Shown: piece after piece, positions 1 through 15,005 of the stretch
Layout: each line of letters begins with the position of its first letter
Numbering within the stretch: the first letter of the stretch is position 1
Assembly (NCBI RefSeq): GCF_003334405.1
Contig: NZ_QOWM01000009.1
Length of the DNA: 64,000 nucleotides
Direction: 5' to 3' (one strand)
Source of the DNA: Escherichia coli
Lineage (GTDB): Bacteria > Pseudomonadota > Gammaproteobacteria > Enterobacterales > Enterobacteriaceae
Translations under genes and position numbers: made by a program
The notes under the pieces: model-generated
What the model saw: the letters and a program-made list of their open reading frames with translations, nothing else
The model's database searches: none
Told to the model about the DNA's origin: nothing

Positions 1-1627
1 ACCCTTGGGCAAACAGAATTTCACTTTGCTGGATTAAACTCCACAAAGCGTAGTGCCAGACATCGTGCTGGCGTGCCATCTGTTCGGTTTGCTGCATTAG
101 CGCCAGTGAGCGGGTCAATTCGCCTTTGCAGTGCAGCACTTCACCCAGCACCGAGGTTGCCACAATGCGGCTATAGAACCAGCCCGGCGGCAGCTCTTCC
201 AGTGCCAGTTTTGCCAGCCGTTCCGCTTCATCCGGATTACCATCGTTAATCGCCACCTGGGCGCGCAGAGCGTTAAATTCTGCGTGCATGGTGTCTTCTC
301 TGATGTCCTTGATTTCATGTTCAGCACGGGCTAGCAGGGTGTTAACTTCGCCGTAGCGATGTTGGCTTTGCATCAGCCACGCCTGCAATAACACCAACTG
401 CGGATTTTCCAGCAAGCTGTCCCACGGCAGGGCCTTAAGCGACTCTTCCAGCAGCGACAGTTCGCTATGGTTGAACAGACTCCAGGCGTGATTAAGCAGA
501 ATATCGCGCAGCATCAGCGCATCGCCTGCCGCCAGCGCATGATGAATCGCTTCGCTGGGAAATCCCTGGGCCATCCAGCTTTCTGCGGCGGCACGGTGGA
601 TTTCCGGCAGCTCCGCCGCCAGTTCCCACTGGCAGCGCTGGCGCAGGAAGTTACCAAACAGCGGGTGATAGCAGAACCACTCGCCGGTATCATCCATCCG
701 CTGTAAAAACAGCCCCTGACGCTCAATCTCTTCGAGGCGCATTTGCCCGTTTTCTTCGCCGGTCACACGGGTGATGAGGGCATCGTTCATTGAGCGCAAA
801 ATGGCGCTTTTCAACAGAAAATGGCGCGTTGCGAGATCGACGTTATCCAAAACCTCATCGACCAGATAATCCGAAAGATGGCTGGCATTGATTCCCGCCA
901 GGCGGCGTGCCGACTTATGGGCTGAGTGGGTATTCTGCCGGGCGGAGAGGGCGATTAGCTGTAGTGCCGTCGCCCAACCGGAAACGTCATCGCAAATCCG
1001 ACTGCTTTCTGCGGCTTCAATCGGCGATGACAGACGGCAATCAAAAAACTGCTTCGCTTCCTGATGGGTAAATGCCAGTTGCTGACTGCCAATTTCCAGC
1101 AGTTGATCACGAACACGCAGATTGGCAATGCCCAGTTGCGGAAGGTTGCGTGACAACACCACCAGGGTGAGATTTTCTGGTTGATGGCGAATAAAGAAGC
1201 GCATTGACTCGTGGATCACTGGATTAGTGATCAGATGATAGTCATCGATGACCAGATAAAGTGGGCTATGCCATTCCGCCAGCTCAATGAAAAGCTGGGC
1301 GAAGAGTGACGTCAGGCTGGCATATTGCCGTTTTTGCGCCATCGTCTCACATATCGCACAGTGACCGTTGGTTGCCTGCTGCACGGCGGCAATGAGATAG
1401 CTGGCGAAACGCTCTTGCTGGTTATCACCTTCATCCAGCGAGTACCAGCCGATATCGTTTTTGCCTGCCGCCCACTGGGAAATGAGGGTGGTCTTTCCGT
1501 AGCCCGCAGGACTCGTGATCAGCGCCAGCCGGAAGTTGTTCGCGCCGGAAAGTTTAGCCAGCAGGCGCTCACGAACCACGGTATGGTCGAGTCGAACCGG
1601 ACGACTTAGTTTTGACGGAATCAGCAT
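1..1627 (-). CDS. malT: Maltose regulon transcriptional activator MalT, N-terminal ~542 codons; 3' end lies beyond the window start
   Basis: Reverse-strand reading from ATG at 1625-1627 gives [52 protein letters not shown] (P-loop GYGKTT). Frame stays open to position 1, which is why the ORF track omits it. Divergent from malP. Confidence 0.9.
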
Positions 1628-1750
1628 AGTTAATCACTTCACTGTGGAAAATGAGGAAATATTATTTTTTTTGCGCTTCGTAATTAATGGTTATAAGGTC
1701 GGCCAGAAACCTTTCTAATGCAAGCGATGACGTTTTTTTATGTGTCTGAA

Positions 1751-1766
1751 TTTGCACTGTGTCACA
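1751..1766 (-). promoter_or_regulatory. CRP-like site in the malT promoter region
   Basis: Reverse strand TGTGACACAGTGCAAA, partial match to TGTGA-N6-TCACA, about 125 bp upstream of the malT ATG; consistent with catabolite control of malT. Confidence 0.5.
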
Positions 1767-2124
1767 ATTCCAAATCTTTATTAACAACTCACCTAAAACG
1801 ACGCTGATCCAGCGTGAATACTGGTTTCCCTTATGTTCATCAGATTCATTTAAGCAAGGGTTTCTTCTTCATTCCTGATGAAAGTGCCATCTAAAAAGAT
1901 GATCTTAATAAATCTATTAAGAATGAGATGGAGTACACTGGATATTTTACTTATGAAACTGTTTCACTCCTTTACTTAATTTATAGAGTTACCTTCCGCT
2001 TTTTGAAAATACGCAACGGCCATTTTTTGCACTTAGATACAGATTTTCTGCGCTGTATTGCATTGATTTGATGCTAATCCTGTGGTTTGCACTAGCTTTA
2101 AGTGGTTGAGATCACATTTCTTTG

Positions 2125-2170
2125 CTCATCCCCGCAACTCCTCCCTGCCTAATCCCCCGCAGGATGAGGA
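2125..2170 (+). promoter_or_regulatory. Cluster of MalT boxes in the malPQ promoter
   Basis: GGA(T/G)GA cores: CTCATCCCC (reverse complement GGGGATGAG), TCCTCC (GGAGGA) and GGATGAGGA, 70-115 bp upstream of the malP ATG. Confidence 0.7.
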
Positions 2171-2214
2171 AGGTCAACATCGAGCCTGGCAAACTAGCGA
2201 TAACGTTGTGTTGA

Positions 2215-4632
<2,418 letters not shown>

Positions 4633-4641
4633 GGAAGCTCG

Positions 4642-6726
4642 ATGGAAAGCAAACGTCTGGATAATGCCGCGCTGGCGGCGGGGATTAGCCCCAATTACAT
4701 CAATGCCCACGGTAAACCGCAGTCGATTAGCGCCGAAACCAAACGGCGTTTGCTTGACGCGATGCATCAACGTACCGCCACGAAAGTGGCGGTAACGCCA
4801 GTCCCGAATGTCATGGTTTATACCAGCGGCAAAAAAATGCCGATGGTGGTGGAGGGCAGCGGCGAATATAGCTGGCTGCTGACCACCGAAGAAGGAACGC
4901 AGTACAAAGGCCATGTAACGGGGGGCAAAGCGTTCAATCTACCGACGAAGCTGCCGGAAGGTTATCACACGCTGACACTCACCCAGGACGACCAGCGCGC
5001 GCATTGCCGGGTGATTGTCGCCCCGAAACGCTGTTACGAACCGCAGGCGTTGCTGAATAAACAAAAGCTGTGGGGTGCCTGCGTTCAGCTTTATACGCTG
5101 CGATCGGAAAAAAACTGGGGTATTGGGGATTTTGGCGATCTCAAAGCGATGCTGGTGGATGTGGCAAAACGTGGCGGGTCGTTCATTGGCCTGAACCCGA
5201 TTCATGCGCTCTATCCGGCAAATCCGGAGAGCGCCAGCCCATACAGCCCGTCTTCTCGCCGTTGGCTGAATGTGATTTATATCGACGTTAACGCCGTTGA
5301 AGATTTCCATCTTAGCGAAGAGGCTCAGGCCTGGTGGCAGTTGCCGACCACGCAACAGACGCTGCAACAGGCGCGCGATGCCGACTGGGTCGATTACTCC
5401 ACGGTTACCGCCCTAAAAATGACAGCATTACGAATGGCGTGGAAAGGTTTCGCGCAACGTGATGATGAGCAGATGGCCGCGTTTCGCCAGTTTGTTGCAG
5501 AGCAGGGCGACAGCCTGTTCTGGCAGGCAGCCTTTGATGCGCTACATGCCCAGCAAGTGAAAGAGGACGAAATGCGCTGGGGCTGGCCTGCATGGCCAGA
5601 GATGTATCAGAACGTGGATTCACCAGAAGTGCGTCAGTTCTGCGAAGAACATCGTGATGACGTCGATTTTTATCTCTGGTTGCAGTGGCTGGCTTACAGC
5701 CAGTTTGCCGCCTGCTGGGAGATAAGCCAGGGCTATGAAATGCCGATTGGCTTGTATCGTGATCTGGCGGTTGGCGTAGCGGAAGGTGGGGCGGAAACCT
5801 GGTGTGACCGTGAACTATATTGCCTGAAAGCATCGGTTGGCGCGCCGCCGGATATCCTCGGCCCGTTGGGGCAGAACTGGGGATTACCGCCAATGGACCC
5901 GCATATCATCACCGCGCGTGCCTATGAACCGTTTATCGAGCTGTTGCGTGCCAATATGCAAAACTGCGGCGCATTACGAATTGACCATGTGATGTCGATG
6001 CTGCGTTTGTGGTGGATACCGTATGGCGAGACGGCAGATCAGGGCGCGTATGTTCACTATCCGGTGGATGATCTGCTCTCGATTCTGGCACTCGAAAGTA
6101 AACGTCATCGCTGTATGGTGATTGGTGAAGATCTCGGTACCGTACCGGTAGAGATTGTCGGTAAGCTGCGCAGCAGCGGTGTGTACTCTTACAAAGTGCT
6201 CTATTTCGAAAACGACCACGAGAAGACGTTCCGTGCACCGAAAGCGTATCCGGAGCAGTCGATGGCGGTTGCGGCGACACATGACCTGCCAACGCTGCGC
6301 GGTTACTGGGAGAGCGGGGATCTAACGCTGGGCAAAACCCTGGGGCTGTATCCGGATGAAGTGGTACTGCGCGGTCTGTATCAGGATCGCGAACTGGCGA
6401 AGCAAGGGCTGCTGGATGCACTGCATAAATATGGTTGTCTGCCGAAACGTGCCGGGCATAAGGCATCGTTGATGTCGATGACGCCGACGCTGAACCGTGG
6501 TTTGCAGCGCTACATTGCCGACAGTAACAGTGCTCTGTTAGGACTACAGCCGGAAGACTGGCTGGATATGGCCGAACCGGTGAATATTCCTGGCACCAGT
6601 TACCAGTATAAAAACTGGCGACGCAAGCTTTCCGCAACGCTTGAGTCGATGTTTGCCGATGATGGCGTGAACAAGTTGCTGAAGGATTTGGACAGACGGC
6701 GCAGAGCTGCAGCGAAGAAGAAGTAG
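4642..6726 (+). CDS. malQ: 4-alpha-glucanotransferase (amylomaltase)
   Basis: 694-aa ORF immediately downstream of malP; product recognised as amylomaltase. Confidence 0.95.
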   Translation: MESKRLDNAALAAGISPNYINAHGKPQSISAETKRRLLDAMHQRTATKVAVTPVPNVMVYTSGKKMPMVVEGSGEYSWLLTTEEGTQYKGHVTGGKAFNLPTKLPEGYHTLTLTQDDQRAHCRVIVAPKRCYEPQALLNKQKLWGACVQLYTLRSEKNWGIGDFGDLKAMLVDVAKRGGSFIGLNPIHALYPANPESASPYSPSSRRWLNVIYIDVNAVEDFHLSEEAQAWWQLPTTQQTLQQARDADWVDYSTVTALKMTALRMAWKGFAQRDDEQMAAFRQFVAEQGDSLFWQAAFDALHAQQVKEDEMRWGWPAWPEMYQNVDSPEVRQFCEEHRDDVDFYLWLQWLAYSQFAACWEISQGYEMPIGLYRDLAVGVAEGGAETWCDRELYCLKASVGAPPDILGPLGQNWGLPPMDPHIITARAYEPFIELLRANMQNCGALRIDHVMSMLRLWWIPYGETADQGAYVHYPVDDLLSILALESKRHRCMVIGEDLGTVPVEIVGKLRSSGVYSYKVLYFENDHEKTFRAPKAYPEQSMAVAATHDLPTLRGYWESGDLTLGKTLGLYPDEVVLRGLYQDRELAKQGLLDALHKYGCLPKRAGHKASLMSMTPTLNRGLQRYIADSNSALLGLQPEDWLDMAEPVNIPGTSYQYKNWRRKLSATLESMFADDGVNKLLKDLDRRRRAAAKKK

Positions 6727-6735
6727 AGTGCAGTT

Positions 6736-6826
6736 GATGCCGGATGCGATGCTTGACGCGTCTTATCCGGCCTACTAATTCATCCCGAATCGTAGGCCGG
6801 ATAAGGCGGTCACGCCGCATCCGGCA
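6736..6826. repeat. BIME: two inverted REP palindromic units between convergent malQ and gntT
   Basis: GATGCCGGATGCGATGCTTGACGCGTCTTATCCGGCCTAC followed by the inverted copy GTAGGCCGGATAAGGCGGTCACGCCGCATCCGGCA. Confidence 0.85.
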
Positions 6827-6836
6827 GTCAGTGTTA

Positions 6837-8153
6837 TCAAATCACCATATTCAGCAGCAGACAGCCTACCAGACCGCACACCGAGATAATGGTTTCCAGC
6901 ATCGACCAGGATTTGATGGTCTCGCCGATAGTCAGGTTAAAGTACTCTTTGAACAGCCAGAAGCCCGGATCGTTCACATGAGAGAAAATCACACTACCGG
7001 AACCAACCGCAATAACCATCAGCTCCGGGCTAACACCCGTCGTTGCAATCAGCGGTGCCGCGATACCACCCGCAGTGATTGCCGCAACGGTTGCGGAACC
7101 CAGCGCGATACGCAGTACGGCAGCAATCGACCAGGCCATCAGCAGCGGAGAAATGTTGGTTTCGTGCATCATGGAAGCAATGTATTTGTCCACGCCGCTG
7201 TCTACCAGCACCTGCTTGAACGCACCGCCACCACCGATGATCAACAGCATCATCGCAATGATTTTGATGGAAGAAACCAGCGTGTCGTTAATCTGATCCA
7301 TTGAACGACCACGGTTTAGACCAAAGGTGAACATCGCAATCAGCACGGCAATCAGCGTTGCCATTACCGGGTCACCGAGGAACTCCGCTACCGGCAGGAA
7401 AGCGTGACCTTTCGGCAGGATCATTTCGGCAATCGCACGCATCGCCATCAGTACTACCGGCACCAGAGAGGTCCAGACGCTGACGCCAAAGCTCGGCATC
7501 TCTTCTTCGCTGAAGGTTTTCGCGCTGTAGAGACCTTCCGGAATTGGCTTATCGATACCTTTCAACACGCGAGCGTAAACCGGACCGGCGAGAATCACGG
7601 TCGGGATTGCCAGAATAGTACCGTACAGCAGGGTTTTACCCATATCGGCATTGAAAATGGTGGCAATCGCAGTCGGACCCGGATGCGGTGGCAGGAAGCC
7701 GTGGGTCACAGACAGTGCAGCCGCCATTGGTACACCAACATACAGCAGTGGAATATTCGCAGAAGCCGCGATGGTAAACACCAGCGGCAGCATCAGCACA
7801 AAGCCCACTTCATAGAACAGGGCAAAACCAACGGTAAAACCGGTCAGTACCACCGCCCACTGGATGTGTTTTTTACCAAATTTGGCAATCAGCGTGGTGG
7901 CGATACGTTGTGCGCCACCGCAGTCTGCCAGCATTTTGCCCAGCATTGCGCCAAAACCCATGATCAGGGCAAGGCTACCGAGCGTCCCGCCGACACCGGC
8001 TTTGATGGAGCCAATAACTTTATCCAGCGGCATTCCTTGCATTAATCCAACAGCAAGCGCCACGAGGACGAGAGCGATGAAGCCGTTCATTTTGAAGCGG
8101 ATCATCAGGAGCAACAACAAGATTACACCGATAGCAACAATGACTAATGGCAT
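6837..8153 (-). CDS. gntT: High-affinity gluconate transporter (GntP family)
   Basis: 438-aa polytopic hydrophobic ORF starting MPLVIVAIGVILLLLLMIRF; convergent with malQ. Confidence 0.94.
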   Translation of the reverse strand: MPLVIVAIGVILLLLLMIRFKMNGFIALVLVALAVGLMQGMPLDKVIGSIKAGVGGTLGSLALIMGFGAMLGKMLADCGGAQRIATTLIAKFGKKHIQWAVVLTGFTVGFALFYEVGFVLMLPLVFTIAASANIPLLYVGVPMAAALSVTHGFLPPHPGPTAIATIFNADMGKTLLYGTILAIPTVILAGPVYARVLKGIDKPIPEGLYSAKTFSEEEMPSFGVSVWTSLVPVVLMAMRAIAEMILPKGHAFLPVAEFLGDPVMATLIAVLIAMFTFGLNRGRSMDQINDTLVSSIKIIAMMLLIIGGGGAFKQVLVDSGVDKYIASMMHETNISPLLMAWSIAAVLRIALGSATVAAITAGGIAAPLIATTGVSPELMVIAVGSGSVIFSHVNDPGFWLFKEYFNLTIGETIKSWSMLETIISVCGLVGCLLLNMVI

Positions 8154-8313
8154 GATTTACCTGGCCTTTCATTTGTTATGGGTAACGTCAATTTTCTGAC
8201 GACAAACTCTAATTATCCCAATCGGGAACAGAGATATTGCGGCACCACGACTGATACCCACTAAAACTAATTATTGTAGTCAGATGTCAGGAGTATGTTT
8301 GGTACCCATGTGA

Positions 8314-8329
8314 ATGATACGGGTAACAT
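8314..8329 (-). promoter_or_regulatory. GntR-like operator in the gntT upstream region
   Basis: Reverse strand ATGTTACCCGTATCAT, near-palindromic half-sites ATGTTAC/GTATCAT, about 165 bp upstream of the gntT ATG. Confidence 0.5.
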
Positions 8330-8453
8330 CTGGCGTTTGAGAATCACCAGAGCGGGGTAAATTTAAATTATGAGAGGTTGGTCATATTATCGCGGGGAAA
8401 CGAACCGAGGATTTGACAAAGCAATGCTGCGCCAACGTCTGGCACATGTTCAA

Positions 8454-8512
<59 letters not shown>

Positions 8513-9088
8513 TTAGTAGTAGGAGTGTTCGCCGCGCTGGTGTTCGGTGAGATCGCGCACACCTTTCAGCTCCGGGAATTCGTTCAGCAGCTGCTTCTCG
8601 ATCCCTTCTTTCAGCGTCACATCGACCATGGAACAACCGTTACAGCCGCCGCCAAATTGCAGAATGGCGTAACCGTCTTCGGTGATTTCCATCAGCGAAA
8701 CGCGACCACCGTGACCAGCAAGCTGTGGGTTGATCTGCGACTGCAGCATATACTCCACGCGCTCCATCAGCGGTGCATCGTCTGCCACTTTACGCATTTT
8801 GGCGTTCGGGGCTTTCAGCGTTAACTGGGAACCCAACTGGTCGGTAACAAAATCGATCTCTGCATCTTCCAGGTATGGTGCGCTTAACTCATCAACATAC
8901 GCGGTCAGCAGGTCAAATTTCAGGGCTGTGTCGGTGGCTTCCACAGCGTCCGGCGGACAATAAGAAACGCCACATTCAGCGTTAGGCGTGCCAGGGTTAA
9001 TCACAAATACGCGGATTTGTGTCCCTTCTTCCTGATTTGCCAGCAGTTTGGCAAAGTGCGCTTGTGCAGCATCGGAAATACGGATCAT
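8513..9088 (-). CDS. nfuA: Fe/S biogenesis protein NfuA
   Basis: 191-aa ORF with C-terminal Nfu-type CxxC motif ([11 protein letters not shown]). Confidence 0.95.
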
Positions 9089-9146
9089 AGTAATGGCCTA
9101 ATAGTTGACTATTTTAGTTGGTTATAATACGCCCATCATCGAGGCT

Positions 9147-10638
<1,492 letters not shown>

Positions 10639-10666
10639 GTGGCTTTTGAAATGGCGAGACAGAACT

Positions 10667-11545
10667 TTACTGACTCGCCGCAGCCAACTCTTCTTCTGAC
10701 AGCCCGGTAAAGCGCATGATGTCTGCAAGAGGAACTCCGGATTCAAGCATTATTTTGGCTATATGCAGGGCTTTGGATTGTTCCCCCTCCTGCCGCAATC
10801 TTTCCGCAATAGTCATTAAACTCTCCTTGTGTTTCGGTGAACGTTCGGCAACGCCGTCGATAAAATCGTTAAAACGTACAGCGTCGCCAGTTTGCAGTAT
10901 GTAATTAAACAGCCCTTTGATTTGTCTGTCATTAGCGTATCCACTACTTAATAAGCAGGCCATTTGCTCTACCAGCCCCATCAGGTCGCGTTGACGAATA
11001 TGTTTTTGAATTAACTCCAGCAGCGCCATACGTCGGTGCTGCATGATTTCATCATCAGGCATGACGGTGACATCAATCAGCGGAAATGCGGAGGCATAAA
11101 GCTGCCTTGCCAGTTTGGGATCGGCGAAACAATCCAGCCAACACAGCGAATAGGGATAGGGGCTTTCAATACCGTGGTAAAACAACAATGGCACCACCAT
11201 CGGCAACGTTTTGTATCCAGCATCAAGGTGATTTTGCATTGCGGCAATAGCGTAACGCATCATGCGAAATGCGATCAGTTTGTTTGAGGTGCTTTGATGT
11301 TCAATCAGACAATAGATGTATCCTGGTCCTTGTTCCGTTTTCACCGACCACAGCACATCGGAATAGCTTTCACGCAGATCGTCATCAATAAAGCTGCTCG
11401 ACTCCAGCTTGAGGGTTTTCATATCACAAAGCGCGTGAATGGGTGCCGGTAAATGAAACGCAAGAAAATCACGAGCCGTGTCCGGTTGGCGTAAAAAGAG
11501 TTTGAACAGCGCATCGTGTGGGGTGGAACTCTGCTTTTTGCTCAT
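10667..11545 (-). CDS. rpnA: Transposase-like recombination-promoting nuclease (Rpn/YhgA family)
   Basis: 292-aa ORF starting [33 protein letters not shown], recognised as the YhgA-like family; no flanking inverted repeats seen. Confidence 0.9.
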   Translation of the reverse strand: MSKKQSSTPHDALFKLFLRQPDTARDFLAFHLPAPIHALCDMKTLKLESSSFIDDDLRESYSDVLWSVKTEQGPGYIYCLIEHQSTSNKLIAFRMMRYAIAAMQNHLDAGYKTLPMVVPLLFYHGIESPYPYSLCWLDCFADPKLARQLYASAFPLIDVTVMPDDEIMQHRRMALLELIQKHIRQRDLMGLVEQMACLLSSGYANDRQIKGLFNYILQTGDAVRFNDFIDGVAERSPKHKESLMTIAERLRQEGEQSKALHIAKIMLESGVPLADIMRFTGLSEEELAAASQ

Positions 11546-11688
11546 GGCGTTCCTTCACCTGTTGTTTGAATGCCGCGACTCTACGCGCCACTCCACACCT
11601 GTGTATTAGCGAGTTTTCATCCCTGCGAGATGCTTTCAAAGGAACTTACGCCGTGCTGCAAGAGTTGCATTTTTATGGAAAGCCGCAC

Positions 11689-11726
11689 GCAAAAAAGCCC
11701 GGATGCAGACGCATACCGGGCTTTCC
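11689..11726 (-). terminator. Rho-independent terminator of the feoABC operon
   Basis: Reverse strand: GC-rich stem GCCCGGTATGCGTCTGCATCCGGGC followed by TTTTTT, just 3' of the feoC stop. Confidence 0.7.
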
Positions 11727-11747
11727 AAAACAGGCGATGGAGTAAGG

Positions 11748-11984
11748 TTAACGCAGCGCCCACCACTCGCGCAGACAGGCTTTTCCTTCCGGGCAGCTTT
11801 TACAACTGCCAGAGAGGCAGCCGTCAGGTTCTTCCTGAATCCGCACGGCTTTGCCCATACTTTCCAGTTGTTGCAGCATGGCGTTAATCATTGGCTGTGG
11901 AGTGTTCAATGTCTGGCTTATCTGGGCCGCTTCCATACGGCCCCGTAACGCCAGCAAATCGCGCACCTGAATAAGTGAAGCCAT
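11748..11984 (-). CDS. feoC: Ferrous iron transport protein FeoC
   Basis: 78-aa product [24 protein letters not shown]... with Cys cluster [15 protein letters not shown]. Start ATG overlaps the feoB stop by 1 nt; the track's ORF is 3 codons longer. Confidence 0.9.
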   Translation of the reverse strand: MASLIQVRDLLALRGRMEAAQISQTLNTPQPMINAMLQQLESMGKAVRIQEEPDGCLSGSCKSCPEGKACLREWWALR

Positions 11985-14305
11985 TAATGGCAATCACCGG
12001 TGGTGCTGGCTGCGCAGCAACTGCTTACCGACTTGCGGGTTGCCAGCAGTTCGATATCCACCCGGCTACGCGCGCGGCGCAGCAGACCGATAACCACGAT
12101 GTTAAACAGGATAACCGCCAGAATGCACACCAGGCTGTAAGTTGGATGCTGACTGTAGCTGGCGACCTGATAGAACAATGTTGCCAGTGAGTAAGCGATA
12201 TTCAGCCCCCACAGGATGGAGAAGCCCATCCAGCCACGGCTTGATTCACGGGCGATAGCCCCCATCACCGAGATACATGGTACATACAGCAGGACGAAAA
12301 TCAGGTAGCTGTAAGCTGCTGCTGCGCTACCGAATTTCTGATCCATCACGCCCATCGCCCCGGTACCCATTTCGCCGTCGCCTTTGCTGGCTTCAATGGG
12401 GTTCATCAGTACGCTAAGGCTGAAGGTGTCTTTCAGGCTCTGCCAGGTTTCATCTATCGCACTGAACAGCTCTTCACCGAGGTTAAATTCTGCCGGATTG
12501 AACTCTTCGTCCTGAATATTTTCTGCGGTGTAGAGGGTGTTGAGCGTACCCACTACCACTTCTTTCGCCATGGCACCTGTAAACAGGCCAACCGTTGCCT
12601 GCCAGTTATCTTCATGCACGCCAATTGGCTTGAAGACCGGGGTGATCACCCGGCTGACGGACGCCAGCGCCGAGTCGTTGATGTTATCGACGATTTTCCC
12701 GCTCAGCGAGAAGCTGTTGAAAGCGCTCAGGAAAATGCTGACGATGATGATCACTTTACCAGCACGCAGAACGAAGCCTTTCAGACGCTGCCAGGTCTGG
12801 ATAATCAGGCTTTTAACGTGTGGTACATGATAGACCGGCAACTCCATGACAAACGGCGTCGCTTCACCGCGCATGATGGTGTACTTGAGCATCAGGCCAG
12901 TCAGCACCGCCATCACAATACCCAGCATATACAGCGAGAAGACCGCCAGCGCACCGTTCTGCCCGAAGAAGGCAGCCGCGAATACTGCGAAGATAGCCAG
13001 ACGCGCGCCGCAGGACATAAACGGTGCCATCATGATGGTCATCAGACGTTCACGCGGTGCATCAAGCGTACGTGCACCCATTACCGACGGTACGTTACAA
13101 CCGAAACCGACGATCAGCGGCACAAAGGATTTCCCCGGCAAGCCCAGCGCCTGCATCAGACGGTCCATCACAAACGCCGCACGCGCCATATACCCGGAGT
13201 CCTCAAGGAAGGAGAGGAACAGGTACATCATGCCAATCTGCGGCACCAGTGGCAGCACGGTGTTAATGCCGCCACCCAGGCCCTGGGCGAGGAAGATAGT
13301 CAGCCAGTCCGGGAAGTGGAGCGTGTAGCCAATCCATTGAATACCATGCACAAATAGCGCCACGGAGCCGACGTCAAACAGCGGCTGTAACGCCCCGCCG
13401 ATGTTGATAGCCAGCAGGAACATCAGGTACATCACAAAGAGGAAAATCGGCAGACCGAGGAAACGGTTGAGCACGATTTTATCTACCGCAGTGGTGAAAC
13501 GGCTGGGTTCTGCCGTCAGGGTGTTGCTTACCACATCACAGATGGCAGCAATGCACTGGTAACGCGCATCGGCAATGTGCAGCGCCGGATCGTCCATCTC
13601 ATTACGCAGACGGGCGAGGGCGGCATCCAGATGCTGCGACGCTTCACCGGCGTAGGCGCGGCTGTAGATATCGCCTTCCAGCATTTGCAGGCCCAGCCAG
13701 CGACGTTGTTTCAGCGGGATGTCGGAAGGCATCACTTTTGCCAGTGAATCTGCTTCGTTGAGCAGCGGCTGTGCGTAATGCACCAGTTCCACATTCTCGT
13801 TAGCTTTATAGCGATCAATCGCCAGCTTGAGCGCTTCAATACCGCGACCACGGGTTGAAACCAGCGGGATCACCGGACAGCCCAGACGCGCCGACAGAGC
13901 ATCAATTTCAATACGAATATTTTGCTTCTCGGCAATGTCGAGCATGTTCAGTGCCACAATGCAGGGAATGCCGAGTTCCAGCAGTTGTAGCGTCAGGTAC
14001 AGGTTACGCTCAAGGTTAGACGCATCCACCACGTTAATCAGCAGGTCGGCGTCGCCACTCAAAATGTAGTGACAGGCGATTTGCTCATCGAGCGAGGTCT
14101 GCGATGAGATGGTGGTCAGAGAATAGGTGCCGGGCAGGTCCACCAGCGTGACCTGATGATCGGTGGTGGAGAATTGCCCTTCTTTACGTTCGACGGTAAC
14201 GCCAGCCCAGTTACCTACACGCTGACGTGAGCCAGTGAGCTGGTTAAATAACGTTGTCTTGCCAGAATTTGGATTACCAATTAAGCCAATGGTTAATTTT
14301 TTCAT
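11984..14305 (-). CDS. feoB: Ferrous iron transporter FeoB (GTPase plus permease)
   Basis: N-terminal G-domain motif [12 protein letters not shown] followed by a long polytopic membrane region; start placed at [10 protein letters not shown] (773 aa), 4 codons inside the track ORF. Confidence 0.95.
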   Translation of the reverse strand: MKKLTIGLIGNPNSGKTTLFNQLTGSRQRVGNWAGVTVERKEGQFSTTDHQVTLVDLPGTYSLTTISSQTSLDEQIACHYILSGDADLLINVVDASNLERNLYLTLQLLELGIPCIVALNMLDIAEKQNIRIEIDALSARLGCPVIPLVSTRGRGIEALKLAIDRYKANENVELVHYAQPLLNEADSLAKVMPSDIPLKQRRWLGLQMLEGDIYSRAYAGEASQHLDAALARLRNEMDDPALHIADARYQCIAAICDVVSNTLTAEPSRFTTAVDKIVLNRFLGLPIFLFVMYLMFLLAINIGGALQPLFDVGSVALFVHGIQWIGYTLHFPDWLTIFLAQGLGGGINTVLPLVPQIGMMYLFLSFLEDSGYMARAAFVMDRLMQALGLPGKSFVPLIVGFGCNVPSVMGARTLDAPRERLMTIMMAPFMSCGARLAIFAVFAAAFFGQNGALAVFSLYMLGIVMAVLTGLMLKYTIMRGEATPFVMELPVYHVPHVKSLIIQTWQRLKGFVLRAGKVIIIVSIFLSAFNSFSLSGKIVDNINDSALASVSRVITPVFKPIGVHEDNWQATVGLFTGAMAKEVVVGTLNTLYTAENIQDEEFNPAEFNLGEELFSAIDETWQSLKDTFSLSVLMNPIEASKGDGEMGTGAMGVMDQKFGSAAAAYSYLIFVLLYVPCISVMGAIARESSRGWMGFSILWGLNIAYSLATLFYQVASYSQHPTYSLVCILAVILFNIVVIGLLRRARSRVDIELLATRKSVSSCCAASTTGDCH

Positions 14306-14321
14306 TGTTGTTATCACCGTA

Positions 14322-14549
14322 TTAACAGGAAACCGCTTCCACTTCTAATAAGGCCAGATCTTTTTTGCGTAATACCAGGCTCACACGACGGGTTTCGATA
14401 TGAATGGGGTCGCCGAGTGGAGCGACGCGCACCACATTAAAAGAGGAGCCAGGTAACATGCCAAGAGAAAGCAGTTTTTGGCGATATGCCGGGCTGATTT
14501 CACGGGAAAAGCCAGTGATTTTCCACGCAGTATCTGGAGTGTATTGCAT
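14322..14549 (-). CDS. feoA: Ferrous iron transport protein FeoA
   Basis: 75-aa ORF immediately upstream of feoB on the same strand; product recognised as FeoA. Confidence 0.93.
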   Translation of the reverse strand: MQYTPDTAWKITGFSREISPAYRQKLLSLGMLPGSSFNVVRVAPLGDPIHIETRRVSLVLRKKDLALLEVEAVSC

Positions 14550-14662
14550 AGGTGCCTACTTGTTTCTCATTAACTGGATAACTACCTCATGGGGCGTTTG
14601 ACAGCGACATGAGACCAGATGATTTGCCAACAAAGGAGAGATTAAATAATCAACAACACAAT

Positions 14663-14681
14663 GATAATGAGAATGGTTTCT
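14663..14681. promoter_or_regulatory. Fur-box-like sequence upstream of feoA
   Basis: GATAATGAGAATGGTTTCT matches about 13 of 19 positions of GATAATGATAATCATTATC. Confidence 0.5.
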
Positions 14682-14875
14682 ATCAGCAATACTTAAAATG
14701 TGTGCGAATGTTGGTTTGAATAATAATCTGACTCAATGTTGATGTGGCTCAAGGTTATATCGCAGCGAAAATATAATTCGAATAGTGAATTACCCGGACT
14801 GGCTAATGTTTAATTAAGGTTTCAGTTGTTAATGAAATGATAAATATTGCCGGAATATATTATGAGTTTGGCTGT

Positions 14876-14912
14876 GGAATAAAAATGCCGGAGATATTCT
14901 CCGGCACTTTTA
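14876..14912. terminator. Bidirectional hairpin terminator downstream of yhgF
   Basis: Stem GCCGGAGA-TATT-CTCCGGC flanked by AAAAAT on one side and TTTTAT on the other. Confidence 0.65.
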
Positions 14913-14934
14913 TGTCAGGCAAGGCGTTCGTTGC

Positions 14935-15000
14935 CAGATGCGGCGTGAACGCCTTATCTGCCCTACGATTTCGTGCAAATTCGAACCGTAGGCCAGTACG
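14935..15000. repeat. REP element(s) just downstream of the yhgF stop
   Basis: GATGCGGCGTGAACGCCTTATCTGCCCTACG plus an adjacent partial unit CGTAGGCCAGTACGGGCG. Confidence 0.7.
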
Positions 15001-15005
15001 GGCGT

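Noticed and set aside
10667-11545. yhgA considered as an IS element or mobile_element feature
   Set aside because: No flanking inverted repeats or target duplication, and the neighbours are tightly packed core genes; treated as a domesticated transposase-like CDS only.
14636-14657. Possible FNR site (TTAAATAATCAAC) upstream of feoA
   Set aside because: Only one half-site (ATCAA) matches TTGAT-N4-ATCAA convincingly; not reported as a feature. The Fur-like box nearby is the better-supported element.
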